Shown here: one piece after another, positions 58,582 to 64,000 of the stretch
Position numbering within the stretch: the first letter of the stretch is position 1
Layout: every line of letters starts with the position of its first letter
Notes under the pieces: model-generated
What the model was told of the DNA's origin: nothing
The model's input: the letters and a program-made list of their open reading frames with translations, nothing else
Database searches by the model: none
Assembly (NCBI GenBank): GCA_963778415.1
Contig: CAVZUI010000002.1
Coordinates: forward strand, 124,643-188,642
DNA length: 64,000 nucleotides
Source of the DNA: an uncultured Acidimicrobiales bacterium
GTDB taxonomy: Bacteria; Actinomycetota; Acidimicrobiia; Acidimicrobiales; VFJN01
Direction of reading: 5' to 3'
Position numbers and translations under genes: made by a program

Positions 58582-59718
58582 GTGACGGGGCCGCTCGACG
58601 GCGTCCGCATCGTCGAGCTGGCCGGCATCGGGCCGGCGCCGTTCGCGGCGATGGTGCTGGCCGACCTCGGCGCCGACATCGTGCGGGTCGACCGCGCCGG
58701 CGGCGGGTCGGGCTTCGCCCAGTTCGACGTGATGAACCGGGGCCGCCGCTCGATCGCGGTCGACCTCAAGCACCCCGAGGGCGTCGAGGTCGTCCTGCGC
58801 CTCGCCGCAGAGTCCGACGTGCTCATCGAGGGGTTCCGGCCCGGCGTCGCCGAACGCTTGGGCGTCGGGCCCGAGCCGTGCCTCGACCGCAACCCGCGCC
58901 TCGTCTACGGCCGCATGACGGGGTGGGGCCAGGAGGGGCCGTACGCGGCCGAGGCCGGACACGACATCACCTACGCCGCGGTGGCGGGCGCGCTGGCCCA
59001 CATCGGTCGGGCCGGCCAGCCGCCGACGCCGCCGCTCAACCTCGTGGCCGACTTCGGTGGCGGCGGGATGCTGCTGGCCCTGGGCGTCGTGTCGGGCGTG
59101 CTGTCCGCCCGGCACACGGGGGAGGGGCAGGTCGTCGACGCCGCCATGGTCGACGGGGTGGCGCTGCTCATGGCCCCCTTCTTCATGGCGCTGCGCTCGG
59201 GGTACTTCACGAACGAACGGGGCACCAACCTGCTCGACTCGGGGGCGCCGTTCTACGACAGCTACCTGTGCGCCGACGGGCGCTACGTGGCGGTGGGGGC
59301 GATCGAGCCGCAGTTCTACGCCGCGCTGGTGGCGGGGCTCGACCTCGACGCCGACGCCCTCGGCCCGCAGAACGACAAGGCGACCTGGCCCGCCACCCGC
59401 GAGCGGTTCGCGGCGACGTTCCTGACCCGCACCCGTGACGAGTGGGTGGCGCACTTCGCCGGGCGGGACGCCTGCGTCGCGCCGGTCAACACCACCGAGG
59501 AGACGCTGGCCGACCCGCACCTCGTCGCCCGGGGAACCGTGGTCGAGGTCGACGGCGTGCCCCAGCCCGCGCCGGCGCCGCGCTTCAGCCGGACGCCGGC
59601 GGCGGTCGACCGGCCGGCTCCCGAGGCGGGCGGGCACACCGACGAGGTCCTGGCGGACCTGGGCTACTCGCCGACCGCCGTCGCCGCGCTGCGGGAGGCC
59701 GGCGCCGTCACCGGCTGA
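58582..59718 (+). CDS. family-III CoA-transferase (CaiB/BaiF) / alpha-methylacyl-CoA racemase-like protein
   Basis: GTG 58582 in ORF 58501..59718: GPLDGVRIVELAGIGPAPFAAMVLADLGADIVRVDR...NRGRRSIAVDLK...LIEGFRPGVAERLG. Intact. Confidence 0.85.
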   Translation: MTGPLDGVRIVELAGIGPAPFAAMVLADLGADIVRVDRAGGGSGFAQFDVMNRGRRSIAVDLKHPEGVEVVLRLAAESDVLIEGFRPGVAERLGVGPEPCLDRNPRLVYGRMTGWGQEGPYAAEAGHDITYAAVAGALAHIGRAGQPPTPPLNLVADFGGGGMLLALGVVSGVLSARHTGEGQVVDAAMVDGVALLMAPFFMALRSGYFTNERGTNLLDSGAPFYDSYLCADGRYVAVGAIEPQFYAALVAGLDLDADALGPQNDKATWPATRERFAATFLTRTRDEWVAHFAGRDACVAPVNTTEETLADPHLVARGTVVEVDGVPQPAPAPRFSRTPAAVDRPAPEAGGHTDEVLADLGYSPTAVAALREAGAVTG

Positions 59719-59753
59719 CGTCGCCGCCGGCCGGTCGTCCGGGTGCGGCGGCC

Positions 59754-59821
59754 GAGGGTCCGACGGTCCGCCACGAGCCCGAGGTCGGAGGGTCCGACGG
59801 TCCGCCACGAGCCCGAGGTCG
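59754..59821 (+). repeat. 34-bp perfect tandem duplication abutting family-1 copy C
   Basis: GAGGGTCCGACGGTCCGCCACGAGCCCGAGGTCG x2 (59754-59787 and 59788-59821). The unit resembles the left arm of the family-1 element that follows. Confidence 0.9.
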
Positions 59822-59822
59822 G

Positions 59823-59909
59823 AGGTTCCGTTCGGTCGAGGATGAGGCCACGGTTCCGGATCCGGAACCCATGGCCTCGACCTCGGGGCGGCGGAACCCA
59901 TTGCCTCGC
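59823..59909 (+). repeat. family-1 nested-hairpin intergenic repeat, copy C
   Basis: AGGTTCCGTTCGGTCGAGGATGAGGCCACGGTTCCGGATCCGGAACCCATGGCCTCGACCTCGGGGCGGCGGAACCCATTGCCTCGC. Lies in the convergent gap between the stops at 59718 and 59944. Confidence 0.85.
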
Positions 59910-59943
59910 AACACGGTTGCTGGCGCCGCGCCCGGGGCCGGGC

Positions 59944-60192
59944 TCAGACCAGGGTGTCGAGGCGGTCGACCACGGCGTCGGTGTGCTCGGCCTCCTTGGC
60001 GCAGTGGGCGCAGCAGTAGAACCGGCCCGCGACCTCGGTGCCGTGCCCCACGACCTTGCAGCCGCAGTGCTCGCAGATCGGGGCCATCAGGTGGATGGCG
60101 CACTCGAAGCTGTCGAACGTGTGGTGCACACCGGCGGCCACCACCTCGAACGACTTGTCGTAGTCGTTGCCGCAGACCTCGCATCGGGCCAT
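59944..60192 (-). CDS. small Cys/His-rich putative metal-binding protein (82 aa)
   Basis: ATG 60192 in ORF 59944..60912: MARCEVCGNDYDKSFEVVAAGVHHTFDSFECAIHLMAPICEHCGCKVVGHGTEVAGRFYCCAHCAKEAEH. Several CxxC pairs. Intact. Confidence 0.6.
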   Translation of the reverse strand: MARCEVCGNDYDKSFEVVAAGVHHTFDSFECAIHLMAPICEHCGCKVVGHGTEVAGRFYCCAHCAKEAEHTDAVVDRLDTLV

Positions 60193-60343
60193 GGCCGTTC
60201 CCTCCTGGCTCGGCGTCGGTGGGACTGCTACCCGCACCGCGGCCCGCCGACACCCGCGGCGGCCCGTGTCGCCGACGCCGCGGGGGGACGCCCGCCGCGC
60301 CGGATGATCGTGACGGTCGCCGGGGCGGCTACAACGACACCGC

Positions 60344-62234
60344 ATGGCTGACGTCTTGTCCCCGCTGACCGGCACCGTGGCCCGCGTCGAGCTGGCGGTC
60401 GGTGCGGCGGTCGAGCCCGACACCCCCGTGGTGATCGTCGAGTCGATGAAGATGGAGTACGCCATCGACGCCGGCGCCGACGGCACGCTGGCCGAGGTGC
60501 GGGTCGCCGTGGGCGACCCGGTCCAGGCCGGGGACGTGCTGGCCGTCGTGGCCGAGGCGCCCCGTCGGAGGGACGAGCCGGTGGCGCAGCCCGGGGACAC
60601 CCAGGTCGCCGCCTCCGCGGACAGGCCACGTCGCAGGCGGCTCCGGATCGGCCGACCGACCGGGCCCGTGCCGATCTCGCCGAGGTCGTCGGACCGCCAC
60701 GCCCGGCGGCCTCGACGCCGCCCGCGACGAGGTCGTGGCCCGCCGCCACGCCCGCGGCCACCGCACCGCCCGCGAGAACGTCGCCGACCTCGTCGACGAG
60801 GGCTCCTTCGTCGAGTACGGCCCCTGGTGATCGCCGCGCAGCGCCGCCGGCGCCCGCTCGACGACCTCATCGCCCGCACGCCGGCCGACGGCCTGGTCGC
60901 CGGTGTCGGCACCGTCGACGGCCGGCCGACCGCCGTCCTGTCGTACGACTACACGGTGCTGGCCGGCACGCAGGGCTACCGCAACCACCACAAGAAGGAC
61001 CGCCTGTTCGACGTCATCGAGCGGCTGCGTCTGCCCGGTGGTGTTCTTCGCCGAGGGCGGCGGCGGGCGGCCGGGCGACACCGACGCGCCCGGGGTGTCC
61101 GGCCTCGACACGCTGGCCTTCCACCTGTGGGGCGGGCTGAGCGGGCTCGTGCCCCGGGTCGGGATCGCCAACGGGCGCTGCTTCGCGGGCAACGCCGCCA
61201 TCCTCGGCAGCAGCGACGTGGTCATCGCCACCGCGGGGTTCGAACATCGGCATGGGCGGTCCGGCGATGATCGAGGGCGGCGGGCTCGGCGTGTTCGCTC
61301 CCGAGGACGTCGGGCCCGGTCGACGTCCAGGTGGCGAACGGGGTGGTCGACGTCCTGGTCGACGACGAGGCCGAGGCGGTGGCTGTCGCCCGTCGCTACC
61401 TGTCGTACTTCGCCGACCCGGCCCGTCGCCGGCTCCGTCGCCGTCGACGCCGCGCACTGGGCGGTCGCCGACCAGGCCGGCGCTGCGCGACCTCGTGCCC
61501 GAGAACCGCCGCCGCGTCTACGACGTGCGCGCCGTGATCACCGGGCTCGCCGACACGGGCTCGGTGCTCGAGCTGCGCGCCGGCTTCGCCCTCGGGATGA
61601 TCACGGCGCTGGCCGAGGTCGAGGGCCGCCCGCTCGGCATCGTCGCCAACAACCCGGCCCACCTCGCCGGCGCCATCGACGCCGACGGCGCCGACAAGGC
61701 GGCCCGCTTCCTGCAGCTGTGCGACGCGTTCGACGTGCCGCTGCTGTTCCTGTGCGACACGCCCGGGATCATGGTCGGCCCCGAGGCCGAGGAGACCGGG
61801 CTGGTGCGCCACGCCAGCCGGCTGTTCGTCGTCGGCGCCAGCCTCACGGTGCCGTTCGGCACGATCATCCTGCGCAAGGGCTACGGCCTCGGCGCCCAGG
61901 CCATGGCGGGCGGCAGCTTCAAGGCGCCGCTGTTCTGCGTGGCGTGGCCGACCGGCGAGGTCGGCGGCATGGGCCTCGAGGGCGCGGTGCGCCTCGGCTA
62001 CCGCAAGGAGCTGGCGGCCATCGACGATCCCGACCGAGCGCGAGGCCGCGTTCCAGGCGCATGGTCGACGCCGCCTACGAGCACGGCAAGGCGCTCAACT
62101 CGGCCAGCCACTTCGAGATCGACGACGTCATCGACCCGGCCGACAGCCGCCGCTGGATCACGTCGATGCTCACGTCGGCGCCTCGCCCGCCCCGCGGCGC
62201 CGGCAAGAAGCGCCCGGTCGTCGACACGTGGTGA
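60344..62234 (+). pseudogene. biotin-carboxyl-carrier (biotinyl) domain fused to an acyl-CoA carboxyltransferase domain, multiply frameshifted as sequenced
   Basis: ORF 60344..61270 start: MADVLSPLTGTVARVELAVGAAVEPDTPVVIVESMKMEYAIDA (MKM biotinylation motif). CT domain: TARENVADLVDEGSFVEYGPL, TPADGLVAGVGTVDGRPTAVLSYDYTVLAGTQG, VVFFAEGGGGRPGD (ORF 60903..62234), NIGMGGPAMIEGGGLG, LGIVANNPAHLAGAIDADGADKAARFLQLCDAFDVPLLFLCDTPG (ORF 61252..63018), tail HFEIDDVIDPADSRRW. At least 6 shifts. Confidence 0.8.
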
Positions 62235-62293
62235 CACCGCTCGCCGCGGCTGCTCGACTCGACCCAGGGTCAAGGCCGCGGCATGCTGCGGGG

Positions 62294-63065
62294 ATGACGA
62301 CGGATCTGTTCTCCATCGCCGGCAAGACCGCGGTCGTCACCGGGGGCTCGCGGGGCATCGGGCTGATGATCGCCCGGGGCTACGTCGAGGCCGGGGCCAA
62401 GGTCTACATCTCGTCCCGCAAGGCCGACGTGTGCGAGCGGGTGGCGGCCGAGCTCAGCGAGTACGGCGAGTGCATCCCGCTGCCGGCCGACCTGTCGACC
62501 GAGGCCGAGTGCCGCCGCCTGGCCGACGAGGTGGCGGCGCGCGAGCCGCAGCTCGACATCCTCGTGAACAACGCCGGCGCCACCTGGGGCGCGCCGCTCG
62601 AGGACTACGACGAGGCCGCGTGGGACCGGGTGCTCGCCCTCAACGTGAAGGGCGTGTTCCACCTCACCAAGTTCCTCGTGCCGCTGCTGGAGAAGGCCGG
62701 GACGGCCGACGACCCGGCGCGGGTCATCAACATCGGGTCGATCGACGGCATCCACGTGCCGATGCTCGACACGTTCGCGTACTCGTCGTCGAAGGCGGCG
62801 GTGCACCAGCTCACCCGCCACCTCGCCCGGCGCCTGGCGCCCGCGATCACGGTCAACGCCATCGCGCCCGGCCCGTTCGAGTCGAAGATGATGGCGGCCA
62901 CGCTCGACGCCTTCGGCGACCAGATCGCGGCGTCCGGCGCCGCTCAAGCGCATCGGCCGGCCCGACGACATGGCCGGCGTCGCCATCTTCCTCGCGTCCC
63001 GGGCCGGCGCCTACCTGACCGGGGCGATCATCCCGGTCGACGGCGGCATCGCCACCGTCGCCTGA
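62294..63065 (+). pseudogene. short-chain dehydrogenase/reductase (SDR), one frameshift near the 3' end
   Basis: ATG 62294 in ORF 62228..63925: GKTAVVTGGSRGIG...NNAG...YSSSKAAVHQLTRHLA. The tail PLKRIGRPDDMAGVAIFLASRAGAYLTGAIIPVDGGIATVA* is in another frame (shift near 62935). Confidence 0.8.
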
Positions 63066-63071
63066 TCACGG

Positions 63072-64000
63072 TCAGCCGCGGGGGCGCCGTGACCGAGGAA
63101 CACCGCCGCGGCCGAGTAGGCCGGGAGGGTCCACGGCGGCCGTCGGCGCAGGTCGTCGTCGGTGAGGGTGCCTCGTCCGTGGACGCCTGGAGGAGCGCTC
63201 GTCGACGGCGGCGGCGTGCGCCTCGCAGGCTGGCCATGTCGACGCCCACGAACGCGATCATCTCGAGCTCGGGCACGCGGGTCGCCCGGACCACGTCGGA
63301 GTCGACGCCCACGTACAGCGTGGCCCGCAGCGGGTCGCCCTCCCGGTGGGAGCGGTGCTCGCCGGCGCCCACGTCGTCGATGACCACGTCGACGCCGGCG
63401 ACGCTCGAGCTCGTCGACCAGCCCGAGCCCCGTCCCGATCGCCCCGAACGACGCCATCCGCACGAGCACCGGACCGTCGCCGGGCACCTCGGCGAGGGCC
63501 GCCTCCGTCTCGGGCACCAGCCCGGCGACCAGCCGGCCGGCCGCCGCCTCGGGCGGTCTCCGCGTCCGTCGCCTCGGTGGTCGTCGCCACCGTCAGCGCG
63601 ACGAGCGCGGCCAGGGCCACCGCGATCGACACCTGACGAGCGGGCGACCGGGGCGCGCCCGTCGCCAGCGTCCAGGCCGCCCAGCCGACGAGGACGCCCC
63701 CGACCATCCCGAGGGCCCACGCCCAGTGCAGCCGGTAGGCGTAGAGCGGCCCGACCGTGCGCGACGTGGCGACCACCGCCGACCACGGACGCCGCGAACC
63801 ACGTGCGCGGCCAGGGCCCGGGCCGGACGCCCCCGGCGCCACCACAGGTAGCCGCGCAGCCGCCAGCACCGGCACGAGCAGGATCGGGACGACCCCCAGG
63901 TAGACGGCGGCCGGCTCGTTGTTGAGCACGAGCGGGGCCTGGCCCGCGATCCACTCCGGAGGCCAGCGTGTACTGGTCGGCCACCACCCGCCAGCCCTCG
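63072..64000 (-). pseudogene. membrane protein of unknown family, 5' part outside the window, frameshifted as sequenced
   Basis: TM-like segments in ORF 63258..63929: VYLGVVPILLVPVLAAARL, HWAWALGMVGGVLVGWAAWTL. Soluble part is split between ORF 63011..63517 (PGDGPVLVRMASFGAIGTGLGLVDELE) and ORF 63028..63987 (VDVVIDDVGAGEHRSHREGDPLRATLYVGVDSDVV). The stop is assigned tentatively at 63072. Confidence 0.35.

Noticed and set aside
55815-58892. 1025-aa ORF on the minus strand
   Set aside because: It is antisense to two intact acyl-CoA dehydrogenase genes whose own translations carry clear family motifs. Its translation is low complexity (GRxxG, DRxxH runs).
61228-61250. GGGGTTCGAACATCGG resembling a tRNA T-arm
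   Set aside because: It lies inside the carboxyltransferase coding sequence and encodes R-G-S-N-I-G-M of the conserved NIGMGGPAMIEGG motif. No acceptor or anticodon arms can be drawn around it.

Overview
This is a high-GC (roughly 70-73% by eye) chromosomal segment that looks like Actinomycetota. I call about 57 protein-coding loci. I found no rRNA, tRNA, CRISPR array, transposase, integrase or phage gene.

Gene content:
- Lipid, terpenoid or steroid-type catabolism: three cytochrome P450s, three TetR regulators, a FadD-type ligase, a HAPMO-like Baeyer-Villiger monooxygenase, a sterol-desaturase-family hydroxylase, an acyl-CoA dehydrogenase pair, a family-III CoA-transferase/racemase, a BCCP-carboxyltransferase fusion, SDRs and amidohydrolases.
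- Stress and metal modules: hdeD followed by a glutamate decarboxylase and two DUF4239-like membrane genes, a CopB-type Cu ATPase behind a CsoR-like operator, efeOB, a Bax-inhibitor-1-like protein, and a nitroreductase.
- Regulators: two ECF sigma factors, a LAL/LuxR regulator, PaaX, and a STAS plus CHASE-GAF-PP2C partner-switching pair.

Three things stand out:
1. About two thirds of the genes can only be read through by changing frame, once to six or more times. Each fragment is otherwise clean, and the frame changes sit in blocks separated by 3.6-5.1 kb error-free stretches. I read this as assembly or sequencing indels rather than real gene decay. I therefore label those loci pseudogene 'as sequenced', and their boundaries are approximate.
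2. There are several families of short, strongly structured intergenic repeats. All lie just downstream of stop codons, mostly in convergent gaps.
3. A roughly 300-bp, lower-GC (63% by hand count) non-coding island lies between efeB and a P450. It has mutually exclusive hairpins, a 14-codon sORF behind a near-perfect SD, and two anti-SD-identical motifs on the opposite strand.

Many neighbouring genes overlap by 4 nt (GTGA or ATGA at 3581, 22803, 27977, 34015, 36942, 45285 and 47349), which implies operons. I do not see a convincingly novel multi-gene system. The best candidates are listed as findings with their limits stated.
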